A DNA stretch of 64,000 nt. It comes from Pseudomonadota bacterium (GTDB lineage: Bacteria; Myxococcota; JACRCW01; JAFGSX01). Shown here one piece after another: positions 48,624 to 59,613 of the stretch. The stretch covers positions 1-64,000 of the forward strand of contig JBDRCO010000049.1 in assembly GCA_043821645.1 (NCBI GenBank), written 5' to 3'. The notes beneath the pieces were generated by a model. The model was not told the origin of the DNA, did not search any database, and was given only the letters and a program-made list of their open reading frames with translations. Position 1 is the stretch's first letter, and the number at the start of each line of letters is the position of its first letter. The position numbers were made by a program, and so were the translations under genes.

Positions 48624-50281
48624 GCACGGGTGATGCCTCGCGGGAGGGCGCTGGCGCGGGTGCCCTGATCATCGAGCGAGAGGGCAAGCCCGAGCTCCGG
48701 GTCGCCCTTACAGGTCACGGCATACGTCTCGGTTCACACCCACGCAACGATGTGTCGCTGCCGGGTTCAGGCCTGCCCGATTTTTTTGCCGAGATCGTCG
48801 CGGCACCCCAGGGTGGCCACGCGGTTCTGGCTTCCCGGGGCCAGCAGCTCGAGATCAACGACAAGAAGGCCTCACGCCACACGCTGCACGAAGGGGATCG
48901 CATTGCTCTGGGACGCTTTCGTGGGCGCTACTGTGCGCCCCAGGCGCACAGTGGATCGGTGGCGCTGGGTTCCACCGGGCAGATCACCTTGAACCGCGAT
49001 GCCTCGACCCTGAGCGTGGCCGAAGGCATGATCCTCGTCGACGAGGGGGAGACCACCCGACGCATCGGAGTGGGTGTCGGGGGCGTGCGCATTGGCAAGG
49101 CCGCTGACAATGACCTCGTGATCGGTGACAGCTCGGTGTCGGGGTACCACGCCGTGGTCTTCGCCCGCGGGGACCGCTACTTCATCCAGGATCTCGAGTC
49201 CACCAACGGCACCGTCGTCGGCAACCTCAAGGTGGTGGAGTCGGAACTGCCGTTCGGGGTCGAGTTCAGGCTCGGTCGAGTCCGCCTGCACTTCGACAAG
49301 CACATCACCGAGGCTGCGCTGCTGCCGTCGGAACGAACCGAATTCGAAGGCATTTTGTCGGGCGATCCGAACATGCGCAGGGTGTTCAGCCTGATCGAGC
49401 GCATCGCGGGCCATGACGCGACGGTCTGCATCAACGGCGAATCCGGGACTGGTAAGGAGCTGGTGGCGCAGGCCCTACATCGCCTGTCGCCTCGATGTCG
49501 GGGCCCCATGGTGGCACTCAACGTCAGTGCATTGCCGCGGGACCTGATCGAGAGCGAGCTGTTCGGGCACGAAAAGGGTGCCTTCAGCGGCGCCGATCGA
49601 GCCCGGCCTGGTGCCTTCGAGCAGGCGCAAAAGGGCACGCTGTTCCTGGACGAGATCGGCGAGCTGCCGCTGGAGGTCCAGCCCAAGCTGCTGCGGGTGC
49701 TGGAGACGCGCCAGGCGCGCCGCGTCGGCGGACGCGAGTCCATGGACCTCGACGTACGCATCCTGTGCGCCACCCACCGCAATCTCGCCGCCATGGTGCG
49801 CCAGGGGACCTTCCGCGAGGACCTCCTGCATCGGGTGTTCGTGCTGCCCATTCAGCTCCCACCCCTGCGGGATCGTCGTGGTGACGTCGAGCTTCTGGCA
49901 CGCCACTTCCTGCGTACGCTGGATCCCGCGGGCGCCCACCAGCTCAGTGAAGATGCCCTCCAGCTCCTCAGGAGCTACAGCTGGCCCGGCAACGTGCGCG
50001 AACTTCGCAATGTGCTTCTTCGCGCCGTCATGCTCAGCGAAAAGCCGGTTCTGGACGAGGACAGCATCGTGTTCGTGGGGGACAGCCTCGAGGGTCGGCT
50101 CGCCGAGGGTCAGGCCTACATGCCTCTGTTGCGACTCCAGGACCTCGAACGCATGGCCATCCAGCAGGCCCTTGAACGGAGCGCAGGAAAGCGCTCGGCC
50201 GCCGCCGAGCTCCTGGGTATCAACCGATCCACGCTGCTGCGCAAGCTCAAGGAGCTCAAGCTCGAAGAGCCCACAGGCTAG
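48620..50281 (+). CDS. FHA-domain sigma54-dependent transcriptional activator
   Basis: Two FHA-like domains (VSGYHA, STNGT), GESGTGKE, ESELFGHEKGAFSGA, LFLDEIGE, WPGNVRELRN, Fis-type HTH; ATGA overlap. Confidence 0.93.
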   Translation: MSTGDASREGAGAGALIIEREGKPELRVALTGHGIRLGSHPRNDVSLPGSGLPDFFAEIVAAPQGGHAVLASRGQQLEINDKKASRHTLHEGDRIALGRFRGRYCAPQAHSGSVALGSTGQITLNRDASTLSVAEGMILVDEGETTRRIGVGVGGVRIGKAADNDLVIGDSSVSGYHAVVFARGDRYFIQDLESTNGTVVGNLKVVESELPFGVEFRLGRVRLHFDKHITEAALLPSERTEFEGILSGDPNMRRVFSLIERIAGHDATVCINGESGTGKELVAQALHRLSPRCRGPMVALNVSALPRDLIESELFGHEKGAFSGADRARPGAFEQAQKGTLFLDEIGELPLEVQPKLLRVLETRQARRVGGRESMDLDVRILCATHRNLAAMVRQGTFREDLLHRVFVLPIQLPPLRDRRGDVELLARHFLRTLDPAGAHQLSEDALQLLRSYSWPGNVRELRNVLLRAVMLSEKPVLDEDSIVFVGDSLEGRLAEGQAYMPLLRLQDLERMAIQQALERSAGKRSAAAELLGINRSTLLRKLKELKLEEPTG

Positions 50282-50388
50282 ACCGAGAATTCCAGCCACG
50301 GAGTTCGTGCTGTGGGGCACAGGGGCCGGGGCTTGGCTGTGCCGCGCGCTGTGTGCCGCGATCGGGTGATGGCCGCCGGGGCCCGCGT

Positions 50389-52341
50389 TCAGCGCAGGTC
50401 CTGCATGTGCTGTTCGATCTCGCTCAGGTGGTTCCGCAACGTGGCGTTGTCTGGCTCGTGTCCGATGGCGAAGGTCATGTTGAGGTGTGCGGCGTCGACG
50501 TCACCCCGCGCCAGGGCGGCGAAGGCCAGGCGCATGTACTTGCGTCCCACAGGTGTGATGGCTTCGACCTCACGCTCACCCTGGTCGGTCTGCACCTCCC
50601 CCAGGGGGTAGCGCGGCACAGGCCCGCCGGCACGCTGGGCCAGCAGGGCGTCATAGCCACCGCGGCGCTCACGGTTCGACAGCACCGTGTAGGCCTCGCA
50701 GATGCGCATGAACAGAGCGTCCACACGCTCCTTGATGAAACCCGGGCCAAGCGGGAAGAAGCGGTCAGGGTGGTACTCCAGTGCCAGACCGTGAAAGGCT
50801 CTCTGCACGGTCTCGACGTCGGCGTCGGCGGTCACACCGAGCAGCTGGTAGTAATCGATGCTGTCCAGCAGCCTGTACAGGGCGAGGATTCGCCGGGTCA
50901 GGCGACCACCGAGCTGGCTCTCACTGATAGCCTGGCGGATGGTGTGGGAGTCGCGCTCCTCCGGTGCCAGCGGAAAGATCCCCGAGACCTCACCGCCGGA
51001 TGTTCCCTCGGAGGCGGGCGAGGCAAACACGTCGCCGTCAGCGGCCGTCTGCGCCGCCACGGCCTCGTCGATGTCGACCTCGGGTCGCTGTTCGACCGGG
51101 GTGGGCTCCTCGGCCACGATCAGGTCCTCGCTCGCCATGGCCCGCACTGCCGCGTCGACCTCGCCCACCGGTGTGGGCTCTTCCTGGACAGGCTCCTGTG
51201 TCGCGGAAATCTCGGGACCCGGTTCCTCGAGCGCGGGTTGCATGCCCACCGGTGTCGGTTCTTCGATCGTGGCCCCGCTCGCGGCAAGGATGGAGGCGAC
51301 CGGTGTGTCGGCTGCGGGTGTGGTGTCGTCGGCCGGAGACAGGACCCCGTCGGGAATTCCCGGGCTGGCAGCGTGCGGATCGTCGGCAGGCACCTGGACC
51401 GGTTGAGGAACCTGTTCCGCGGAAGGCGTCTGGCCCTCCGGGATCGGCTCCTCGATCAGGCGGCTCCCGGTAGCAGGAATCTCCGGTCCGGTCTCCCGGG
51501 TGACATCGGGGTCGGCGATGGGAGGCTTACCCATCAAGGCCTGTGCCGCAGCGGCGAGGAGATCCGCGTCGGCCCCGCTTGGACCGTCGCTTGGCCCCGA
51601 GAAGGGCGGGTGGTCCTCGTCCTCGGTTGCAGCAGTGGCTGTGGTCCCGAGGGGAAGCGCCTCAGGAAGCTCCTGTGAGGGCTTCCCGGTCGCCACGTCA
51701 CCGGGCGGCGTTTCCTTTCTCGTGGCGTCGGGAGAGGGGCGTTTCTGCATCGAGGGAGTCAGCTCGATGATGCCGGCGGTGGCCGGATCCTCTGTGCCCG
51801 AGGAGGGCGCGCGCAGTTGCAGGGTCACGGCATCGGTGGGGGCTTGCTCCTCGTGGCCCGCGAAGACCCCATCGGCGTCGACCACCACGGGCTCGGCCCG
51901 GGGTGGTGGTGTGTCGCCGGTCAGGCCGTCGGCCTCGGCGTCCTCATCGTCGAGCTCACCGAGGAAGGCATGCTCCCCATCAAGGATGGCGTGCAGGGTC
52001 GCCTCGTCGGGCGGTGTGGCCAGGACCCCGTCAATGCCCTGGTTCGACGCACGCGCCTGCAGGTCCTTGTCGTCTGCATGGGCCGACAGCAGGTACACGC
52101 CGACGCCACGGCCGAGCCGGTGTTCGCGGATGAGCTGGCACAGGATCGATCCACTGATGCGCGAGGTGCCCTCGCAGACGAAGCAGATGTCGGGTCGCCC
52201 CTCGAGGAAACGATCGAAACCATCCGCACCGTCGAAGGCGAAGAAGGTCGCATGCGAGGTTCTTGCCAGGCTCTGATTGAAGTGCGACCGCAGCTCCTCG
52301 TGGTCGAGGACGAACAGCAGCACCTTGCGCGCCGTGCTCAT
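50389..52341 (-). CDS. Pseudo-receiver / acidic linker / J-domain / TPR-like protein
   Basis: REC-like N-terminus without phospho-Asp (PDICFVC), long P/E/A/T linker, DYYQLLGV...YHPDRF. Confidence 0.85.
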   Translation of the reverse strand: MSTARKVLLFVLDHEELRSHFNQSLARTSHATFFAFDGADGFDRFLEGRPDICFVCEGTSRISGSILCQLIREHRLGRGVGVYLLSAHADDKDLQARASNQGIDGVLATPPDEATLHAILDGEHAFLGELDDEDAEADGLTGDTPPPRAEPVVVDADGVFAGHEEQAPTDAVTLQLRAPSSGTEDPATAGIIELTPSMQKRPSPDATRKETPPGDVATGKPSQELPEALPLGTTATAATEDEDHPPFSGPSDGPSGADADLLAAAAQALMGKPPIADPDVTRETGPEIPATGSRLIEEPIPEGQTPSAEQVPQPVQVPADDPHAASPGIPDGVLSPADDTTPAADTPVASILAASGATIEEPTPVGMQPALEEPGPEISATQEPVQEEPTPVGEVDAAVRAMASEDLIVAEEPTPVEQRPEVDIDEAVAAQTAADGDVFASPASEGTSGGEVSGIFPLAPEERDSHTIRQAISESQLGGRLTRRILALYRLLDSIDYYQLLGVTADADVETVQRAFHGLALEYHPDRFFPLGPGFIKERVDALFMRICEAYTVLSNRERRGGYDALLAQRAGGPVPRYPLGEVQTDQGEREVEAITPVGRKYMRLAFAALARGDVDAAHLNMTFAIGHEPDNATLRNHLSEIEQHMQDLR

Positions 52342-53987
52342 GACTGCCTCGTCCCTTCCTGGCGTCGGCGCACCGCGGATTGCTGGGCGGTGCGCAGGGT
52401 ATCCTCGCTCAGGTCCCGGGCCTCGCGGACCGCGGCCAGGGCCTGTTCAGCCACCGAGAGCGAGATGCGCACGTCGCTGGCCGTGCGATGGCCCGTGACC
52501 AGGTCGCGCGCCGACACGTGCAAGATCCCGTCGCGATCGAGCTCGAAGCCGACATTGATGCGCACGGCACCTCGCTGCCCGGGTCGCAATCCATCCAGGA
52601 CGAACTCACCCAGCCGGCCGTGCGAAGCGTGCACGCCGCGGGGCGTCTGCGAGATCAGGATGCGCACCTGGGTCTGGTTGTCCTGCGAGGTCGTGAACAC
52701 CCGGTGGGCGACCAGGGGCAGGTGGGCGCCGGCGGGGATGATCACCTCGGAGTAGCCCCCACTGGTCGCGATGACGACGTCGGCCGAGGCCACGTCCAGA
52801 CCCAGTAGCCGGATGTCCTCGACGGCCATGGCGGGGTTGGAGACCAGGGCTTCGCCGTACATCGCGGCGCCCACCGCAGGCGCCTCGGGGGCGGCCATCT
52901 CCACCGGCGTGTCCCGGCCCGCAAAGGCACTCAGATCTTGACGCACGTTGCTCAACCGGCAGCCCCCACCCACCAGGAGCAGGCCCTGGATGGCCGCCGG
53001 CTGCAGATCCGCCCGCGCCAGGGCCTCGTCGGCAGCAGCGAGCACAGCCTCGAAGAAGGGCTGGGCCAGCCTGTCCATGTTGCCGCGATCCAGGTAGCTG
53101 TCGAAGTCGATGCTCTCACCGGCCATGGCGACGAATTCGCGCAGGCGAATGCGCACCTGCTCGTGGTCCGCGAGGCTGCGCTTGGCGTGCTCGGTGGCGA
53201 AGATCAGGCGGGTGCGCGCTGTCAGGTTGGCCGAGAGTTCATAGCCGACCGTGTGCTTGAATTCCTCGATCAGGCTCTCACACAGAGCGGTATCGACGTC
53301 GAGGGCGCCGATGCTGGCGTCGCAAGCCAGGCTCAGGCACTCGATCAGCTTGCCGCGCCTGTCGACGACGGCTGCACCGATCTGGCTCCCGCCGGCGTCC
53401 ACCACCAGCCAGCGCATGTCCTGTCCACCGTCGGCGGTCTGGGCCACGGTGGCGGCCAGCGGCGAGGACAGGATCCGCATGGTCTCCAGCCCGGCGAGCC
53501 GGGCCGCCAGGACCATGGACTGGCGGTGCGCGTCGCCAAAACACGCGGGGACCGTCAGCACCGTCTTGGTCACAGGCTCCCCGAGATCCTGCTCGGCCAG
53601 GGTGCGCAGATGCTGGATCAGCTGGGCCACGATCTCTGGCACCGCGTAGGCCGTGCCCGCCAGATGCAGCGTGGCGTGCCCGGCAGGTCCCGGCACGACG
53701 GGGCAGGGCGTGTGGGCCAGGGTGCGGCGGACCGCGATGTCGCCCGGGAAGCGACCCAGCAGGCGCATGGGTGTGATGACGGTACTGGGGGGATCCAGCA
53801 CTGCGCGGCGGCGGGCCGTCTCCGCCACGAAGACCGCACCCTTGTGATCCAGCGACACCATGCCGGGCAGTCGCGCGCCCGCGCTGCGTGACGGGTACAG
53901 CCGCGGCTCGCCATCGACGATGACGGCGGCCGTGGCACCCCATGCCCCGACGTCCAGACCCAGGACTTTTTCCATCTCAGCCTTCAC
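52338..53987 (-). CDS. Divergent Hsp70/DnaK-family protein
   Basis: VLTVPACF, AARLAGL, EHAKRSL, LVGG, FTTSQDNQ, FELDRDGILHVSARD; ATPase motifs degenerate; ATGA overlap with J-protein. Confidence 0.9.
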   Translation of the reverse strand: MKAEMEKVLGLDVGAWGATAAVIVDGEPRLYPSRSAGARLPGMVSLDHKGAVFVAETARRRAVLDPPSTVITPMRLLGRFPGDIAVRRTLAHTPCPVVPGPAGHATLHLAGTAYAVPEIVAQLIQHLRTLAEQDLGEPVTKTVLTVPACFGDAHRQSMVLAARLAGLETMRILSSPLAATVAQTADGGQDMRWLVVDAGGSQIGAAVVDRRGKLIECLSLACDASIGALDVDTALCESLIEEFKHTVGYELSANLTARTRLIFATEHAKRSLADHEQVRIRLREFVAMAGESIDFDSYLDRGNMDRLAQPFFEAVLAAADEALARADLQPAAIQGLLLVGGGCRLSNVRQDLSAFAGRDTPVEMAAPEAPAVGAAMYGEALVSNPAMAVEDIRLLGLDVASADVVIATSGGYSEVIIPAGAHLPLVAHRVFTTSQDNQTQVRILISQTPRGVHASHGRLGEFVLDGLRPGQRGAVRINVGFELDRDGILHVSARDLVTGHRTASDVRISLSVAEQALAAVREARDLSEDTLRTAQQSAVRRRQEGTRQS

Positions 53988-54155
53988 ACCTCACGGGCGC
54001 AGCACGCGCTCCGAGTCGAGACGCCGCAGCGGTCTGGACGCGGCGTCGGAGCCAGGAAGAAGAGGGGCCCAGGGTCCGCTTTCACCTTGTCCAGGAGGCA
54101 CGGCGCTCCAGGCTGTTCTTCCCACGGCGGCGGCGCAGGATCCACTGCGGTGTCG

Positions 54156-54599
54156 CTACTGAACGTTCACCGTCACGGCCACCTGCTCCGTCATGCGCTG
54201 GCACCACTTGTCGGTGCAGATGAAGAAGGTGGCATTGGCCTCGATGGCCTGCTCACCAACACTCTTGGCCGCGAAGCCCACGCTCATCTCCATGCGCTTG
54301 CCGTCGTCCACGGTGACGTCGCTGCGCCCGAGCTTGGCCTTGTCGAGCACGATGCCGGCAGGCGCCCGCAGGGTCACAGACAGCGGGGCCTGCTTGTGCA
54401 CCTTGCGATCCTTGCCCGGCACGATCGCGAGCACGAAATTGCCGCGCTCACCGACCTTGATCTGCTTGGTGCTGGCCGAGGTCTCGATGTTGTAATCGAC
54501 ACCGCGACCCTTGGGCTCTTCCTCGGCGCGAAGCGGGAGCCACAGGGCCAGCAGGCCCAGGGACAGAAGAAGTGTGAAGGGACTCTTTCTTATTTTCAT
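54156..54599 (-). CDS. Exported protein, DsbD N-terminal-like
   Basis: Signal peptide, beta-rich, FFICTDKWC near the C-terminus. Confidence 0.6.
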   Translation of the reverse strand: MKIRKSPFTLLLSLGLLALWLPLRAEEEPKGRGVDYNIETSASTKQIKVGERGNFVLAIVPGKDRKVHKQAPLSVTLRAPAGIVLDKAKLGRSDVTVDDGKRMEMSVGFAAKSVGEQAIEANATFFICTDKWCQRMTEQVAVTVNVQ

Positions 54600-54802
54600 G
54601 GCTGCCTCTTTGATCGGACGGGCACGAGCCCCGCTTCATGATGATGGACGTGCACGCTCCAGGAAAATGCATGCCGTCAGTCCGACGACGCGGCAGTCTA
54701 GCCCTGATCCCGGGTGTGCGGCAAGCCGGCGCGTCATCGCCGGGGGGCATAGTCAGGGCCGCCGTGGCGCGCCAGAGGCCGATCTGACGCGATGAAAAGG
54801 CT

Positions 54803-54831
54803 TTGACAGCCCCATACCCCGGGGCTAGTCT
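54803..54831 (+). promoter_or_regulatory. Sigma70-type promoter for rpsA operon
   Basis: TTGACA-N17-TAGTCT. Confidence 0.7.
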
Positions 54832-54850
54832 CCGCCCGCTTCTACCGGAT

Positions 54851-54872
54851 CCCGCCCGTGGCGGGGTTTTTT
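54851..54872 (+). terminator. Terminator-like hairpin in rpsA leader
   Basis: CCCGCC-CGT-GGCGGG-G-TTTTTT. Confidence 0.5.
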
Positions 54873-54957
54873 CCCAACACCTGCGGGGATTTGTGGCCGC
54901 CCCGCGCCGAGCCAGCCAGCCCGGTCTACCCGACCACCACTGTAACCGGAGCGCTTC

Positions 54958-56694
<1,737 letters not shown>

Positions 56695-56754
56695 ACCCGG
56701 TCCCCGCCCACGAACATCCCTCTCCCTGACCTTCTGACCATCTCGCGGCGCGTT

Positions 56755-56772
56755 TTCACCCCCGGGGGTGAA
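56755..56772. repeat. Perfect 18-bp palindrome between rpsA and ihfB
   Basis: TTCACCCCCGGGGGTGAA. Confidence 0.7.
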
Positions 56773-56910
56773 GCGCAGCCATCGACGTCTCTCCAAGTCA
56801 AGCCCCGCACACCACCGGTCCCGTCGTGGCCGTGCTTGCACCTGCGGCGGGCATTTGCTACGCACGAGCTTCACACACCCCGCAGCATGCATGCTCCGTT
56901 GGAGGTTTCG

Positions 56911-57210
<300 letters not shown>

Positions 57211-57286
57211 ACTCCGGGGCGCGCCAAGGCGGGAACATGTGGAGCTCCTCACGACCCGGTACACGGGGCGGCGCGATGAGGGACCG

Positions 57287-57637
57287 ATGAAGCGCTCGCG
57301 TCTGCTGCTGTGGGGCGGCCTGCTGGCCGTCACGACCCTCATCCTCGTCGGTGTGCTGGGCCCCAATCGCGAGGTGCAGCGCCTGGAGCTGTTCTGGACC
57401 TGGAGCTGGCAGCTTCCGCTGTGGGCGGTGCTCGGTGTCGGCGTGGCCCTCGGCTCGGCTCTGGGCGGCGCGGTGATCGGCGTGCTCTGGATCGCCGAGC
57501 TGCGGCGACGGGTGCGCAGCGAGCAGCGCGCCAATGGGGTGCAGATCGAGGTCAACCAGCTCCGGCGATTGCTCGCCCGTCCAGCCTTGCCTCCCACGCC
57601 TGTGCCGCGCGCGAACGACGTGGATGGAGAACGCTAG
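57287..57637 (+). CDS. lapA: LapA-like membrane protein
   Basis: Two TM helices with N..V.L.F...LPL spacer, coiled tail; rpsA-ihfB-lapA-lapB synteny. Confidence 0.75.
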   Translation: MKRSRLLLWGGLLAVTTLILVGVLGPNREVQRLELFWTWSWQLPLWAVLGVGVALGSALGGAVIGVLWIAELRRRVRSEQRANGVQIEVNQLRRLLARPALPPTPVPRANDVDGER

Positions 57638-58828
57638 GTGGACGCGCTGTTTGAATCACCGTGGGCCTGGGTTGTCAGCGGCGCGCTGGTGGTGGCCCTG
57701 GTCTACGGTGCCCTGCTGCTGTGGCAGCGCTACACGCTCCCGCTGACTGCTCCGGCGCTCCGGGACCCCTTCGTGGACGGCCTGGTGGCCCTGGCCGAGG
57801 GCGACCTGGGCGCGGCCGGGGGCAGCCTGGAGCGGGCCATCGAGCTCACACCCGAGGCCCCCTGGTCCTACCTGGCCCTGGGGGTCCTGCTGTGCCGCCA
57901 GGGCGACCGCCCTCGCGCTGCACGCCTGCTCCAGGGCGTACTCGCACGAACCGATCTTCCCGGTCCCCTCGCGGCGGCAGCCCATGAATCCCTGGTGGAG
58001 GTGCTGGCCAGCGACGGGCGGCTGGCCGAAGCCCAGGCCTGGGCGCGCAGCCTGCACCAACCTGCGGGGATGGATGCGGTGCAGCTCGAGCGCCGGGCGA
58101 GGGTCGCGCTGGCTGCCCGGGCCCATGGCATGGCCCACCAGCTGGCGACCCAGCTCGAACGTCTGGATCGGGATCGGGGACGCCTCCTGGCTGCCCTCGA
58201 ACTGGCTGCCCGGGCAGAGGACCTGGCCGACGACGGCAAGCCTGCCGAGGCACTCAAGCTGCTCAAAAAAGCCCGCGCACGTGACGACAGCATCGCCGCG
58301 GTGTGGGCTCTGGAAGGCCAGCTCCGGCTGGACCAGGGCGACCTGGAGCGTGCGCGGCATGCCCTTGCAGAGGCCGTGGTCCGGGAGCGAGCCCTCGCCC
58401 TGACGGTCCTACCCCTGCTCGAGGATGCCCACTTCGAGCGGGGCAAGGTTGCTGACTACGAGGCCCTGCTTCATGAACTCCTCGAGCGCGGACCCCGGGA
58501 TCCCCTGATCTTGTGGGCCCTGGGCGAGCACCACGCGCGCCGGAATCACCTCGACGAGGCCGGGCGTGTCCTCGACGAGGCTCTGGCCCTGGCACCGGAT
58601 TTCGAGCTGGCGCGCCAGGCCCTGCAGCAGGTGCACGCCCGGCAACACGGCCAGGAGCCTGTCACCGTGCAGGGCATCGTGGTGCGCACGCGCTGTGCCC
58701 ACTGCGGCACGGCCGATGTCCGGGGCATCGTGCGCTGCCCGGCCTGCGGCTTCGTTGGCGAGATCCTCTTTGCCAGCGCCCTGCCTGCCCTGCCCTCGGG
58801 GCCTGCACTGCGCGCGCCGGTGCTGTGA
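57638..58828 (+). CDS. lapB: LapB/YciM-like TPR protein with rubredoxin-type ribbon
   Basis: N-terminal TM helix, TPR helices, CAHCG...CPACG. Confidence 0.78.
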   Translation: MDALFESPWAWVVSGALVVALVYGALLLWQRYTLPLTAPALRDPFVDGLVALAEGDLGAAGGSLERAIELTPEAPWSYLALGVLLCRQGDRPRAARLLQGVLARTDLPGPLAAAAHESLVEVLASDGRLAEAQAWARSLHQPAGMDAVQLERRARVALAARAHGMAHQLATQLERLDRDRGRLLAALELAARAEDLADDGKPAEALKLLKKARARDDSIAAVWALEGQLRLDQGDLERARHALAEAVVRERALALTVLPLLEDAHFERGKVADYEALLHELLERGPRDPLILWALGEHHARRNHLDEAGRVLDEALALAPDFELARQALQQVHARQHGQEPVTVQGIVVRTRCAHCGTADVRGIVRCPACGFVGEILFASALPALPSGPALRAPVL

Positions 58829-58830
58829 CC

Positions 58831-59613
58831 ATGCATCCTCCTGAGCCACCTCGCACCGCCGCCATCCTGGTCATCGGTGACGAGGTGCTCAGTGGCAAGA
58901 CGCACGACTGCAACAGCCACTGGCTGGCCGGCGAGCTGTATGCCCTGGGCGTGGCTCTCGAACGGGTGGTGGTGATCCCGGACCTGGTCGCGGAGATCGG
59001 ACGCAGCGTGGCCGCCCTCAGTGAGGCCCACGATGTGGTCTTCACCTCCGGCGGTGTGGGGCCGACCCACGACGACCTGACCTATGCCGGGATCGCCCGC
59101 GGTTTCTCGCGAGCACTGGTACGCAACGAGGCACTGGTCGAGCGCATGCGTGTGCACTACCGCGACACGCTCAACGAGGCGCGTCTCCGCATGGCCGACA
59201 TTCCGGAGCCTGACGAACTGTGCTTCGAGAATGGCATGGTCACCCCGGTGGTGCGGGTGCACAACGTCTACATCCTGCCCGGTGTGCCCGTGCTTTTCAG
59301 GCAGCTCTTCGGCGGTCTGCGCGAGCGCTTCCGGCGGCAGGCCATGTACCTGGGGCAACTGTTCACGAAGCAGCCCGAGGGCGACATTGCCGACCTCATG
59401 ACGTGCGTGGTCGAGGCACATCCCGCGGTGCGCGTGGGCTCCTACCCGCATCTCGGTGACGAGGCCTTCAGGGTCAAGATCACCGTCGAGAGCACCGACG
59501 AGAGCGCGGCGCGCGCGGCCCTCGAGTCCATCGCCGCCGGGCTCGATCCCCTGGCGCTGGTCGAGCGTCGCGAGGTCCAGCGCGTCCTGGCGCCGGGCAG
59601 CGCAGACTGCTGA
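58831..59613 (+). CDS. CinA N-terminal/COG1058 molybdopterin-binding-like pyrophosphatase
   Basis: IGDEVLSGKTHDCN, SGGVGPTHDDLT, LPGVP, GSYP. Confidence 0.88.
   Translation: MHPPEPPRTAAILVIGDEVLSGKTHDCNSHWLAGELYALGVALERVVVIPDLVAEIGRSVAALSEAHDVVFTSGGVGPTHDDLTYAGIARGFSRALVRNEALVERMRVHYRDTLNEARLRMADIPEPDELCFENGMVTPVVRVHNVYILPGVPVLFRQLFGGLRERFRRQAMYLGQLFTKQPEGDIADLMTCVVEAHPAVRVGSYPHLGDEAFRVKITVESTDESAARAALESIAAGLDPLALVERREVQRVLAPGSADC

Noticed and set aside
52338-53987. Calling the Hsp70 gene dnaK
   Set aside because: Degenerate ATPase motifs, truncated lid, and no grpE or hrcA context.
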